Below are positions 18,520 through 29,124 of a stretch of 64,000 nucleotides of DNA, in pieces. The DNA comes from Candidatus Hadarchaeota archaeon (lineage in GTDB: Archaea > CAYQAE01 > CAYVLA01): positions 136,904-200,903 of the forward strand of contig CAZUNO010000002.1 of assembly GCA_964621445.1 (NCBI GenBank). The letters are read 5' to 3'. The notes below the pieces were generated by a model. That model had not been told where the DNA came from and made no database searches. It saw only the letters and a program-made list of their open reading frames with translations. Both the position numbers and the translations under genes were made by a program. Every line of letters starts with the position of its first letter. Position 1 is the first letter of the stretch.

Positions 18520-19845
18520 TTACCCCTCCTTACTGGTTAACTCTGCTTCCCGATAGAACCTACGGCCTATCATTAGCGAGTAGACCACAAACCCCGTTAC
18601 CAGTCCTACCCCGGTAACTGTAATCCATTCGATGATATAAACCCACATCAGGGCCCCTTGTCTGAGCTTGATACCCTCTTGTGAGAGCTGGTGGAGTTCT
18701 TCGATGAATTCCTCCATCATCTCTCTCGCCTCTTGATAATTCTGAGCAATATATGCATTCCGGGCCTCCTCGGTACGGGAATTTAGCTCCTCGATATCAT
18801 CCATGAGTGGACCGACATTGGCACCGAATTTCTGAATGAAGTCCGCCAGGCTTAGCAAATTTTGGGAATGCTGCCTAAAGGAGGCAAATGATTGCCTAGC
18901 CGAGTGTACCAGCATAACATCTGTGACTATTTCTCTACCCGTACCCAGGTACATCATATTGAACCACATATCCTTCCCGAACTCATTGTCGCTCCACCCC
19001 CTCTCATATGAACTCCAAAAAGGGTACCTTGGTGCATCCGCTACTGACCAGGTCATTGCGTTTCCGTATTCCCAGGACAACACCCAAGGGCGGGTTTTCT
19101 CGGACATCTGCCTACTGAAGTGCATCCAGCCCCATGTATTCACCCCATTCTTTGGTAGCATAATCCTTCCCCCATGTCCTCGCCACTTCTCGAGGCCAAA
19201 TTCGAGGAAAGGAGTGAAAACTGGAGGTAATTCACGATTCAGCTCCACGTGGAAAAGATCGATATTGGGAGCCTCCCGATTTTTGAAGTAGCTGGCAGTG
19301 GCATCCGAATCGCAGGGGAAAACCTCGGACACGGGACTGTCAGCCCAGGGCCCGTACATTAAGTAGTTCTTGCCCATTACCCCTCCGGTATCAGCTATGG
19401 CACAGGCCCCGCCATCGCGTATGGACCGTACCAAAAGGTCTAGCTGGTTTTGGGTGTACATATTTACCAATATCGACGAGAAATGAATCGCGTCATAGCT
19501 CCTCAGCTTGGAATATGAACGGGGAAAGTATATCCTTAGATATCTTCTTATCTCGTCCTTAAACGCGGTTCCGTGGGTCTCGGTCCAGCTTCCCTTGAAC
19601 AACCTTGAGGGAACCATGGAAAATGAAATTCCCGGTTCGGACGAGAGCCAGTCCCTTAGGGGATTCAAGCGGTTATCCACAAGCCCCATGTACAATACCT
19701 TTAATCGACCGTCGCTTTCCTGGGCCAAGGAGGCAGGAAAAACAACCATTACCAGGATGGTTAGGAAAAATAACGGGAGCAAGTACTTGAATTCACCTCT
19801 TTTTGAAGGATCTACTTCCCTGAAAATTCCGGATAACATTGACAT
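18520..19845 (-). CDS. Uncharacterised surface protein, paralogue 1 (GATase1-like head, helical stalk, C-terminal TM)
   Basis: Signal peptide (..ASLA), KVLYMG, LRIYFPRSY, FIQKFGAN, ALMWVYIIEW TM, RRFY tail; motifs shared with four other ORFs in this window. Confidence 0.85.
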   Translation of the reverse strand: MSMLSGIFREVDPSKRGEFKYLLPLFFLTILVMVVFPASLAQESDGRLKVLYMGLVDNRLNPLRDWLSSEPGISFSMVPSRLFKGSWTETHGTAFKDEIRRYLRIYFPRSYSKLRSYDAIHFSSILVNMYTQNQLDLLVRSIRDGGACAIADTGGVMGKNYLMYGPWADSPVSEVFPCDSDATASYFKNREAPNIDLFHVELNRELPPVFTPFLEFGLEKWRGHGGRIMLPKNGVNTWGWMHFSRQMSEKTRPWVLSWEYGNAMTWSVADAPRYPFWSSYERGWSDNEFGKDMWFNMMYLGTGREIVTDVMLVHSARQSFASFRQHSQNLLSLADFIQKFGANVGPLMDDIEELNSRTEEARNAYIAQNYQEAREMMEEFIEELHQLSQEGIKLRQGALMWVYIIEWITVTGVGLVTGFVVYSLMIGRRFYREAELTSKEG

Positions 19846-19920
19846 GAATGGCGGTATATCATCTTGGATAAATTACTTAAATTTGTATGAGAGGTATGGC
19901 TGGGTGACTGGAGGTCTGGA

Positions 19921-20253
19921 TTGGTTAAATTTGAAAATATCGACGCCGCTGATGACGGGATACTCGACCATTATGTGGTCGAGCTTGAGAACGACGTAGG
20001 TACCGGCTCCGCGGCAATTCAGGAACTAAAGATGGATGGCGAGATCATCCCTCCAGAAAAAATTAGGCTGAAGATAGGGAACCAGTCCTGCAAGCCATTC
20101 AAACCTGGGTGCGTTCTGGCCTCTCGTTATGGGGACAAGATCTCCATCGAGGTCGAGATGGAGGGAGGACTCGAACCAGGAGAGCACTCACTGGGAGCCA
20201 AGGTCAAACTAGGGTGGATATGCCGGACCGTGGAATTTAAGGGGTGTATATAG
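19921..20253 (+). CDS. Small beta-sandwich protein (resembles DUF6379/DgpB-like fold)
   Basis: GGAGG SD before TTG; ELKMDGEIIPPEKI...GGLEPGEH pattern. Confidence 0.55.
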   Translation: MVKFENIDAADDGILDHYVVELENDVGTGSAAIQELKMDGEIIPPEKIRLKIGNQSCKPFKPGCVLASRYGDKISIEVEMEGGLEPGEHSLGAKVKLGWICRTVEFKGCI

Positions 20254-20314
20254 CCTTCCTGGCGAGGAAATCTTATTCAAGCCCAAATTTGAGAAGTGAC
20301 CGGAGAATGATAGG

Positions 20315-21565
20315 TTGGAGAAGCTGGCCATAAATGGAGGGACACCCGTTCGGACGGAGAGACTTGATAACTCGCCAGCCATGGCCCCCAAGGAGAAGGA
20401 ACTGGTTTTGAATGTCATCGAATCCAGAGAGCTTTGTGCCATTGATGGGTCCAAGGCGGATGAATTTGAACACAAGTTCGCCGACTTCGTGGGCAGCAAA
20501 CATGCCATAGCCGTGAACACTGGTACCGCAGCGCTCCACATAGCCCTGGCCGCCGCCGGAGTAGGACCCGGGGATGAGGTTATCGTGCCGGCATACACGT
20601 TCATTGCCAGCGCAACCTCCGTCCTACACTGCAACGCTGTTCCGGTCTTCTGTGATATTCTTCCCGATACCTATTGCATGGACCCGGAGGACGTGGAAAA
20701 GAGGATCACTGATAGCACAAAGGCTCTTATGCCGGTCCACCTCTTCGGTCATCCTGCGCAAATGGACGAGATACTTGACATTGCGGACCAATATGACCTA
20801 TCAGTTATCGAGGACAGCGCACAGGCCCACGCCGCCGAATACAAGGGGCGAAGCGTGGGTACACTAGGGGACCTGGGCTGTTTCTCCTTCCAGCAAAGCA
20901 AGAATATGACTGCCGGGGAGGGTGGACTCGTGGTCACCGATAACGATGAAATGGCCGATGTCTGCAGAAAGATTAGACATCACGGCGAGGATTATGGGCC
21001 GTCAGCATCACGGACCTATGAGAGTTTCATTCCCGGCTACAACTACAGGATTACCGAACTCTCCGCTGCCGTGCTACTGGCCCAGCTGGAGATGCTTGAA
21101 GCCTTCACGGAGAGGAGGATAGGTAACGCCAGTAGACTCGTCGATGAACTCAGTCAGTTTGATTGGATACAGGAACCCAGGAAAAGGAAATACGTAAAGC
21201 ATGTCTATCATGTTTTCGTTCTCCGGATAAAGGAGTCCGAACTGGGGATGAGTCGTGACCAGGTGTTCCGAGCATATACTGCCGAGGGGCCCTATGCGGG
21301 CCTCGGATATTCCCGGCCTCTATACATGAACCCTCTATTTAAGGAAAAGGTTGGTTTCGGCGGCACAGATTGTCCCTACGGGTGCAAGCACTACCAGGGC
21401 TCCGTGTCCTATGAGGAAGGCCTTTGCCCGGTCACGGAACAGGTTATTCGGGACGCCCTCTGGATCGGTGGCGGTTGGACCATACACAATCTCACGCACC
21501 AGGATATAGAGGACATCGTCCATTCCTTCTTAAAAATCAATGAGTATGCAATGTCCAAAACCTAA
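20315..21565 (+). CDS. DegT/DnrJ/EryC1/StrS PLP-dependent aminotransferase
   Basis: NTGTAALH, EDSAQAH, FSFQQSK, GEGG, GYNYR. Confidence 0.93.
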   Translation: MEKLAINGGTPVRTERLDNSPAMAPKEKELVLNVIESRELCAIDGSKADEFEHKFADFVGSKHAIAVNTGTAALHIALAAAGVGPGDEVIVPAYTFIASATSVLHCNAVPVFCDILPDTYCMDPEDVEKRITDSTKALMPVHLFGHPAQMDEILDIADQYDLSVIEDSAQAHAAEYKGRSVGTLGDLGCFSFQQSKNMTAGEGGLVVTDNDEMADVCRKIRHHGEDYGPSASRTYESFIPGYNYRITELSAAVLLAQLEMLEAFTERRIGNASRLVDELSQFDWIQEPRKRKYVKHVYHVFVLRIKESELGMSRDQVFRAYTAEGPYAGLGYSRPLYMNPLFKEKVGFGGTDCPYGCKHYQGSVSYEEGLCPVTEQVIRDALWIGGGWTIHNLTHQDIEDIVHSFLKINEYAMSKT

Positions 21566-21769
21566 TTTGACCAGGGAATGTAATATCTGCTCTAACTTGG
21601 GTTTATGCACTATAATCCTCAACATTGCTCCGTCTTCAACAGGCTTGAAAAGTATCCGCTTACAACAGCGGTGGTAAAAGTTGCTCATTTGGTTTAGTGA
21701 GGTAGGCTAATATTCTCCCCAAACGAAATACTCAATAGACTGCATCTAATCTAGTAACAGGGTGAACCC

Positions 21770-22324
21770 TTGAAGAAAAAAATCAAGCCAGGAACCCTCC
21801 TTTATCCCGTTCCCGTGGCCCTAGTCAGCTGCGCTGGGAAAAAGAGCGGAGCGAATATCATAACCATAGCCTGGACCGGAATCATTTGCTCGGACCCACC
21901 GATGGTCAGCATATCCATAAGGCCACACCGACACTCCTCTAATATCGTGAAGGACAGTAGACAATTTGTGATCAACGTGCCTACGGAGGACCTGCTGCAG
22001 AAGGTGGACAAGTGTGGAACAACCTCGGGTAGGTACCACGACAAGTTCCAGGACATCGGGCTGACGCCCCTGGATTCAAGCGAGGTGAATGCTCCAATGA
22101 TCAAGGAATGCCCTGTAAACCTGGAGTGCGAGGTCCAGGACATGATTGAGCTGGGTTCCCACGAGATGTTCATTGCCAAGGTCGTTGCCGCGCATGCCGA
22201 TGAGGATGTACTTGAAAATGACCAGGTACAGGTATCGAGGGCAAAACCACTGGTATTCTGTCCCGTGAGCTCAGAGTATTGGAATCTCGATAAGAAGTTG
22301 GGTAACTACGCCTTTACCTCCTAG
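21770..22324 (+). CDS. Flavin reductase-like (flavoredoxin) protein
   Basis: PVPVALVS, NIITIAW, CGTTSG, ECPVNLEC, GSHEMF; GGTGA SD. Confidence 0.9.
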   Translation: MKKKIKPGTLLYPVPVALVSCAGKKSGANIITIAWTGIICSDPPMVSISIRPHRHSSNIVKDSRQFVINVPTEDLLQKVDKCGTTSGRYHDKFQDIGLTPLDSSEVNAPMIKECPVNLECEVQDMIELGSHEMFIAKVVAAHADEDVLENDQVQVSRAKPLVFCPVSSEYWNLDKKLGNYAFTS

Positions 22325-22375
22325 GGATCTGGGAAACAGATAAACGCACGCTATCCAGTTCTTGGGTGATATGCC

Positions 22376-23884
22376 ATGGGACGGGACGCGGAAAGGCTAG
22401 TGATTGGATTCTCCTATTCCATGGTAGGGGGAGTAATTTCCCAAGCCCTTGTCTATCTTGCCGGGGTGCTGGTAATGAGGTTACTGGGCCCAGAGAGCTA
22501 CGGCCTTTACCAGCTGGTATTTCTGGTCCCCCTTCTCTTCACCCCTATACTTAATCTTGGAATCGAATCCACTCTGGTTAGGTTCGTATCCAGATATATA
22601 GTCGACGACCGCAATAGGGGCATCAGGACGGCCAGATTTCTGTTCATGGCCAGGTTAGCAATCGCTCTGGCGGCAAGCCTACTCATTCTCGCCCTTTCTC
22701 CATGGATATCCAACTTGTTAGGAGAGGAGGTTACCTTGGGAGTCCAGATTACGGGAATTTTCCTATTGGGGAACATGCTCTACCTTTTCATGAACTCTTT
22801 CTTCCAGTCCTTCTTCCTCATGCGGGAACGGACGATAGTCATGACCACGCATGGAGCCTCCTATCTGGCACTCGTCCCTCTCCTCGTGTACCTAGATTTC
22901 GGTTATCTTGCTCCCATAGTAGGATTCAGCATCGCAAAGTATCTTGCGGTGGCAATCGGCCTGATCCTGGCCTGGAGAAAGGACCTTAACCTGTTGGCCA
23001 GGCCCTCCCGGGAGGGCGTTCATCTTTTGGAGCAGGTCAAATTCGCAGCTCCCACTTATATCACCGTTTTACTGTGGGCCGTCTTCACCCAGGTGGGAGT
23101 CATAATTATCCGGGGTATGGGACTTCCGGTGGTTGAAATCGGGTATTTCCGTGGCGTATTTAACATCGTCATGTTGGGAGGTTTCCTGGCCATGATACTC
23201 CATGTGGTGGTGTATCCCTATGTATCGGAACTTGAATCCCGCCAGGACCAGGAAGCTCTGCAATCATTTTGCAGTCTAATAACCCGCTTCCTGATACTAC
23301 TGGCAATCCCTGCATCAGCCGGATTCCTACTTGTTTCCAGGCCCACCCTGGAAGCACTGCTCCCCGATTACCTGCCGGCATTAACCCTTCTGAGAATACT
23401 ATCTTTGATGCTCGTCTTCCTCCCCCTGTTCCAGATCAGCAAGACCATGCTCCTAGGCCTGGGCAAACCCAGAATAGTTGCCTACTCTAGTCTAATCGCC
23501 ACGGCCACCGTATGCTCAATGGGTTCCCTTCTTTCCTTTTTCGCCGGGACCGAGGGACTTTCCTTCTCCTACACCATCGGCATCCTTCTGGCCACGTGCT
23601 ACACGTTATACCAGCTTCGTAAGGCCATAGGCTTGGAGGTAGAGATCCTCACCATCGGAAAGATAGGACTATCCACCTTGATTATGGGAATAATCACCCA
23701 TCTCACTATGCAAACACTTCAAAAACCGATTTTCCAGATAGCAATAGGAATACCAGTTGGCCTGGCAACATACTTGGGGCTCATATACCTCCTTAAAGCT
23801 CTAAAACCACGAGACATGAAAATAATCAAGACCGCCGTCGGTATAGCCAAGGAACAGACCCTAGTTAAGAATCGCGGGGAATAA
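22376..23884 (+). CDS. Polysaccharide biosynthesis/flippase (MOP superfamily)
   Basis: RLLGPESYGLY, about 14 TM, Wzx-like layout. Confidence 0.88.
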   Translation: MGRDAERLVIGFSYSMVGGVISQALVYLAGVLVMRLLGPESYGLYQLVFLVPLLFTPILNLGIESTLVRFVSRYIVDDRNRGIRTARFLFMARLAIALAASLLILALSPWISNLLGEEVTLGVQITGIFLLGNMLYLFMNSFFQSFFLMRERTIVMTTHGASYLALVPLLVYLDFGYLAPIVGFSIAKYLAVAIGLILAWRKDLNLLARPSREGVHLLEQVKFAAPTYITVLLWAVFTQVGVIIIRGMGLPVVEIGYFRGVFNIVMLGGFLAMILHVVVYPYVSELESRQDQEALQSFCSLITRFLILLAIPASAGFLLVSRPTLEALLPDYLPALTLLRILSLMLVFLPLFQISKTMLLGLGKPRIVAYSSLIATATVCSMGSLLSFFAGTEGLSFSYTIGILLATCYTLYQLRKAIGLEVEILTIGKIGLSTLIMGIITHLTMQTLQKPIFQIAIGIPVGLATYLGLIYLLKALKPRDMKIIKTAVGIAKEQTLVKNRGE

Positions 23885-24139
23885 TGGACACCTTGTGTCC
23901 CTCCCGTTCGTATATGAGATCTTAACTATAGCTAATTTTGTTTAAGGCTTGGCTCGAGGGGATTAACCTCTCGTATACGAAGTTTGAATTGGACCCGGTT
24001 CATGGACCATATTTCCTGCCGTGAGTCTCGCAGATTCCGAAAAAACATGCGCCGGGTCATCTATAAGCCATGGCCCAGCAAAATGACTAGAAGTGTTTTC
24101 CATGGCCCGTTATCTCATTTAGGGGGGAAATAGGATAGA

Positions 24140-26443
24140 ATGGCATGGGGACAAATAATCTATTTCACACCTCTTATTTCATCTTCAGCAATCTCTGTTG
24201 GGCTGGCCCTTTATGCTTGGAGACGGCATTCCTCGATTGGGAAAAAGGAGTTCTCCTTGCTGATGTTGTCCGTGGCCTGGTGGGCCTTTTTCTACGCCTT
24301 GGAGATGCAATCTAGCTCGCTGGGAAACAAGCTGTTACTGGCCAAGATCCAGTACCTGGGAATCGCTTCCGTACCTTTGATGTGGTCACTCTTTTCCCTC
24401 AGGTATACCGGTCGCGGAACATACCTCACAAAACCCAAGATCGGCCTTTTAGCCATTATTCCATTAACCACCGTTTCACTGGCTTTAACCAACGACTATC
24501 ACGGGCTTCTATGGTCAAATGTCTACCTAGCACAGACAGGAAATCTTGCCTACCTGGCAAAGACCTATGGTTTCTGGTTCTGGATAAATGCAGGATATTC
24601 CTATATTTTGATGATAATTGGGTCATTCCTCCTGCTTTACCATTCGAATAAGCTACCTGTGCTTTACCATGAGCAGGTCACCTGCCTTCTTATAGCCGCC
24701 TTTATGCCCATGATTGGTAATTTTCTTTACATTACTCGAATATCTCCAATGCCAAATATTGACTCCACCCCTTTCAGTTTCACCTTGGCAGGCCTGGCCC
24801 TGGCATGGGGCATATTCAGATATAGAATACTGGATATCGTTCCAGTTGCCAGGGACAAGGTCTTTGAAAAAACCAATGATTTGATCTATTTGCTCGACCG
24901 TCAGCTACGGGTCGTAGACCTTAATCCGGCGGCAGAATCATTGCTGAATGAATCTAGAGGCGGGTTCATCGGGAAGAGGTTGAATCAGGTTATGGATTTT
25001 CCAATTGATATGTCCGATCATATTGATGGAGAACACGGCTTCAAGGATCCTCTATGTATACAGATAGATGATCAGATGCGATTTTTTGATCTAACTGTAT
25101 CCCGCTTAAAGGATAATCAGGGGCGATTCGTGGGTCTTATACTATTCCTGAAGGATATTACCGAACGCAAGATGGTCGAGAATAACCTCAGAAGAACCAC
25201 AAAAAAACTGGATGAAAACGTGCGCCAGAGGACCCTGGAACTGGTGCACACCAACAGGGCCATGAGACAGGAAAATGAAGAAAGGAAGAAGGCCCAGAGA
25301 AAGCTTAAGCTTTCGCAGGAAAAATTGAGAACCACCCTGGATGCCTCTCCCGACTCGATCATCGTTATCGACATAGATGGGAGGATAATTGACTGCAATC
25401 CAGCAACAGCAGATATCTTTGAATATTCCTCCATTGAGGACGTGATAGGCAAGGAGGCTTTTTCCTTCGTATCAAAAGAGGACCTTGACAGGGTTCAATT
25501 CGATCGTCGTACCTGCCTGAACTCCGGGTTTATTCGTAATCATCAATACAAACTGATCACTAGCCACGGAAGAGAATTCCCCGCGGAGGTCTCCGCAAGC
25601 GTGGTCAAGGATTCAACGGGGTCACCATCACTATACGTGGTAATGAGCAGGGACATATCGGAAAGGAAAAGGAATGAAAAGGAACTACGCCGATACTCGG
25701 AAAGACTTGAAGATCTGGTTCAGGAAAAGAGCGAGGAGCTTCGAGATGCTGAAAGGATGGCCGCCATAGGCCAAACCGCTAGCATGGTTGGTCACGACCT
25801 AAGGAATCCCCTGCAGGCAATTTTAAATAACGTATATCTGGCCAGAAAACAATTGACGGGCGAAACGAATGGCGAATCCCTCAAGGGTCGACTAGAAATT
25901 ATACGAGACGAGATACTATACATGAACAAGATCGTATCCGACCTCCAGGACTTCGCCAAGCCACTGAAACCAGAACTCAGCCCAATAAATGTCAAATCCT
26001 TAATTCAAAACATCTTGACTGGATTAAACCTGCCCAAAAAGGTAGATGTGTCTATAGACCTGAAGGATACACTTACCTTAGAGATGGATTCGATGATGAT
26101 GAAGAGGGTGTTAACAAATCTGGTAAATAATGCAATTCAGGCCATGCCTGACGGTGGGAAACTAAAGATTTCGGCCGATGGGGGAAATGGCATAGCCCAT
26201 ATCTCTGTCAGTGACACCGGCACTGGAATCTCCCCCGATGACAAGGAGAAGGTATTCAAGCCCCTTTTCACCACCAAGGCCAAGGGACAGGGATTTGGCC
26301 TTGCTGTCTGTGAACGATTTGTGACCGCTCACCAGGGGAGAATAACGATCGACACCGAACTAAGGGTTGGTACAACTTTCACAATTCATATACCAGCCCA
26401 TCCGAATCATAAAACCCAGGAAGAATCACCAGTTGCGACCTAG
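24140..26443 (+). CDS. Sensor histidine kinase (HisKA_7TM + 2 PAS + HisKA + HATPase)
   Basis: 7TM N-terminus (LTNDYHGLLW), PAS ends KDITERK/RDISERK, H-box HDLRNPL, N-box NLVNNA, DTGTG, LFTTK, GQGFGL. Confidence 0.95.
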   Translation: MAWGQIIYFTPLISSSAISVGLALYAWRRHSSIGKKEFSLLMLSVAWWAFFYALEMQSSSLGNKLLLAKIQYLGIASVPLMWSLFSLRYTGRGTYLTKPKIGLLAIIPLTTVSLALTNDYHGLLWSNVYLAQTGNLAYLAKTYGFWFWINAGYSYILMIIGSFLLLYHSNKLPVLYHEQVTCLLIAAFMPMIGNFLYITRISPMPNIDSTPFSFTLAGLALAWGIFRYRILDIVPVARDKVFEKTNDLIYLLDRQLRVVDLNPAAESLLNESRGGFIGKRLNQVMDFPIDMSDHIDGEHGFKDPLCIQIDDQMRFFDLTVSRLKDNQGRFVGLILFLKDITERKMVENNLRRTTKKLDENVRQRTLELVHTNRAMRQENEERKKAQRKLKLSQEKLRTTLDASPDSIIVIDIDGRIIDCNPATADIFEYSSIEDVIGKEAFSFVSKEDLDRVQFDRRTCLNSGFIRNHQYKLITSHGREFPAEVSASVVKDSTGSPSLYVVMSRDISERKRNEKELRRYSERLEDLVQEKSEELRDAERMAAIGQTASMVGHDLRNPLQAILNNVYLARKQLTGETNGESLKGRLEIIRDEILYMNKIVSDLQDFAKPLKPELSPINVKSLIQNILTGLNLPKKVDVSIDLKDTLTLEMDSMMMKRVLTNLVNNAIQAMPDGGKLKISADGGNGIAHISVSDTGTGISPDDKEKVFKPLFTTKAKGQGFGLAVCERFVTAHQGRITIDTELRVGTTFTIHIPAHPNHKTQEESPVAT

Positions 26444-26455
26444 ATAAAGGTGAAT

Positions 26456-27616
26456 TTAACCTTTTTGTTTCAATTCTATATTCCTCTCAAGCAGAGACCT
26501 CTGCCGTTTATCAAAGCACTCAAGGGAGAGGACTAACAGGAGGGTTGCTCCTTTAGATGAGGCCTTATCCGAGAGATCATATAGACACTTCATTGTAGGT
26601 TCAAACCCGTTATTTATGACCAAGTATTCCAAACCATCTAGGAGGATGGCCGCGCCCTCGGTTTTATCCAGGAAGGAAGAGATGACGCCTCCAACCATCC
26701 CCACGTTCGCCGACCCTAGTGCTTCCTCGTTCAATTTTTCACGGGTGAGCCAGATAATCGGGGTCTGAGTTAGGGCGAAATTTCTTTTAACTGAATCCGG
26801 GGATCTGCGGGTTACGCACAGACCCGGGATATCAATGGACACCATATGTGATAAGGCTCTAAAGGCCTCTTTCTCCGATCTAAAGAGATAGGCCTCTCCT
26901 TTCTCCAGGAGACGTTCTCGATTCACAGAATTATCCCTTGCTCTTTCTTCTTTCCTAGGTTTAAGACTGAATAGCCTGTACTTTTCAGTAGTAATCGAGA
27001 ACCCTATAACGAAAGCCATTGTTGCAAGGGCTGAGAACCCGTCAACCATTTCCGCGACTAGTGGTAAGAGTCTAGTTTCCAATAAGAAATTGTGGACGAT
27101 CTTTGAGCCAACTAAAATTAGCGAACAATAACCCATAATCAAAACGGGTACCTTAAGAACGGGGGTTGAATTTCGTATCTGGAGCCATATTATATATCCC
27201 AATACGATGCCCGAGGCGATAAACCCCACTGCCATGATCCTTGGAACTAGCTTATTTCCTGCTGGTAATGCCAGAACTACGAAACTAAGAATGGCCAATG
27301 GACTGAATACCGCAGCTGTTCCCTTTCTACATGAAAGGAAATCCACCTCTCTTGGATATTTACCCAGAACAAATGCCATAAGGGTAACAATGGCCATTAT
27401 GGCAAGATTATTGATAATAAGGGCTAGAGATCCCGAGCGAAATATCAAGAAAGAATCCAACACAATGAGCAGAGAAGATGCAAGAAGTAGAGTTGGGATA
27501 ATGACTACAATCCATTTCATATGGCTACTTAATTCCCTTCTAGAGATGGATACTCCAACTACTATTGATAGGATTGCCGTACTAATCCACAATGCATCCA
27601 CGGAGCTCAGCAACAA
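26456..27616 (-). CDS. Membrane protein with C-terminal DUF835 (inactive KaiC/RecA-like) domain
   Basis: About 7 TM then GLCVTR, IIWLT, LLDGLEYLVINNGFE, SLLER. Confidence 0.88.
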   Translation of the reverse strand: MLLSSVDALWISTAILSIVVGVSISRRELSSHMKWIVVIIPTLLLASSLLIVLDSFLIFRSGSLALIINNLAIMAIVTLMAFVLGKYPREVDFLSCRKGTAAVFSPLAILSFVVLALPAGNKLVPRIMAVGFIASGIVLGYIIWLQIRNSTPVLKVPVLIMGYCSLILVGSKIVHNFLLETRLLPLVAEMVDGFSALATMAFVIGFSITTEKYRLFSLKPRKEERARDNSVNRERLLEKGEAYLFRSEKEAFRALSHMVSIDIPGLCVTRRSPDSVKRNFALTQTPIIWLTREKLNEEALGSANVGMVGGVISSFLDKTEGAAILLDGLEYLVINNGFEPTMKCLYDLSDKASSKGATLLLVLSLECFDKRQRSLLERNIELKQKG

Positions 27617-27629
27617 ACCCGTTCCTACC

Positions 27630-28307
27630 TTACTCGTAAAGTACGCCTTTTACCTGCAATCCCTCATCCGTTATCTCCAGCAGCCGTTTTCTGAGATCGT
27701 GTTTAGAGCCCCTTAGCTTCTTGATTTGGATATAGCGGTTAACGTCATTAACCGTCTCCTTGAAACCAAGTTCTACCACGCCATCCACAAGATACTCCAA
27801 AGATGTTGGATTTGAAGTCTCTGTGACTAGCACTAGTCGAGAACTAGTTTCAATTGCCAGGTCTAGAATCATCTCTATTGAACACGGTTCCCTCTCCCCC
27901 ACGGTCTGAGCCACTGCATCCCAACTGTCTATCGAGATTATGGGCTCATCAATGTCCGTTATTATTGTGTCCAGAGCCTGAACGAAACCAGGCATGTTAC
28001 CATAACGTAAATTCTTGAGAAGTCCACCATCCTTGGCTGGTCGACTGTTCACAGCATCTATGACCCCGCTTGGTGGCACCGACTTTTTGGCCCAGGGAAA
28101 CATCTCATATAACCTGTCAGGGTCAACTCTGGTTGATACGTACAGACCATTGCCGTTTTCACAGATTTCTTTCAAAAATGTAAGAGTAAATACCGTCTTT
28201 CCCGACCCAGGCGCTCCCTTCACGCATAAGGAGTAACCGGGAAACCTGTTCACCGTGTCGGTTATCTCTTTTGGTAAAGACAAATCTTGACCTCCCTTGT
28301 ACATCAA
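27630..28307 (-). CDS. GvpD-like/KaiC-family P-loop ATPase
   Basis: KGAPGSGKT Walker A, YVSTRV, IDSWD, LEYLVDGVVEL, KKLRG. Confidence 0.85.
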   Translation of the reverse strand: MMYKGGQDLSLPKEITDTVNRFPGYSLCVKGAPGSGKTVFTLTFLKEICENGNGLYVSTRVDPDRLYEMFPWAKKSVPPSGVIDAVNSRPAKDGGLLKNLRYGNMPGFVQALDTIITDIDEPIISIDSWDAVAQTVGEREPCSIEMILDLAIETSSRLVLVTETSNPTSLEYLVDGVVELGFKETVNDVNRYIQIKKLRGSKHDLRKRLLEITDEGLQVKGVLYE

Positions 28308-28334
28308 CCAGCCACTCTATTTAAAAACAAATGC

Positions 28335-28358
28335 ATTTGACTATTTGACTATTTGACC
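28335..28358. repeat. Three tandem 8-bp direct repeats ATTTGACT/ATTTGACT/ATTTGACC
   Basis: Read directly; lies just upstream of a minus-strand TTTTAAATA TATA-like box for the ATPase gene. Confidence 0.7.
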
Positions 28359-28459
28359 TAAGTATCCTTAAAATGGAGCCCCTTTCCTTTGTCCCATTAT
28401 GGGAATTTCCCAATATAGTTGATTATTTTCTAAATTATTTGGAAGTATCCAAGATCCTT

Positions 28460-29124
28460 CTCTCAAACACTGTGAACAGGCTCTGGGAACAGGTCTCATG
28501 CAGTATCGGCGAACTGGACCTGCCCAGGGAGAAATGTGTCATGGTGGATGACACTGGGCCGGCTATCCGTGCCTGTTTAAAGGACAGCGCATCTGCCCAT
28601 CAGCTCTACATCCTCCACATAGTCAGGGTTTTTCAAGCTCTGGAACAGGGAAATACCGGTCGAGACCAGGCTCTCGCTAGTCAAGGATCTGTCATCCACC
28701 CTCTTCTCCTTGGTGGGGTCGGTGAAGAAACACCTCCTCTCACCCAACCTGGCAAGGATGAGGCGGAGGATCACCAGACCTTGGAGGCCCTGGGCAGCTA
28801 TGTGGCAAGACTCAAGAAAGAGGGATCCGTCTCTGCAGCCAGCTTTGTTTCCAGGTCTGTCTAGGAAATGGTTGTCTTCACCAGGCTGGCCCTGGAACAC
28901 GTCAAGATCCTTTAAACCGTCAACCTGATGGAGAGGCTGATGGGCGAGGTGCCAAGAGAGTCAAGAACATGTTGGCACACTGGTCCCAGAGAGGACTAAA
29001 AAATCTGCTAACCCTACTCCTGGTCAGATACACCAACAAAAACCTGTATAAATCCGCATGTAAACACATCTACCACCAAACCGAAACCACAACCAACACG
29101 CTCAGATGCAAGACACAAAGATAG
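28460..29124 (+). mobile_element. Decayed ISH6-family (IS256-like DDE) transposase, 3' fragment
   Basis: Pieced across frames: VNRLWEQ..VMVDD..HQLYILH / FKLWNRE..LVGSVKKH / LKKEGSVSAASF..*EMVVF..* / TVNLMERLMGEV-KRVKNMLAHWSQRGLKNLLTLLLVRY; stops at 28862 and 28913 plus frameshifts; terminal IRs not identified. Confidence 0.72.

Noticed and set aside
27630-28307. Gas vesicle locus
   Set aside because: Only a GvpD-like P-loop domain; no gvpA/J/N/F/L; context is signalling.
28373-28864. 163-aa ORF as a real gene
   Set aside because: Chimera of non-coding sequence and transposase fragments from different frames.
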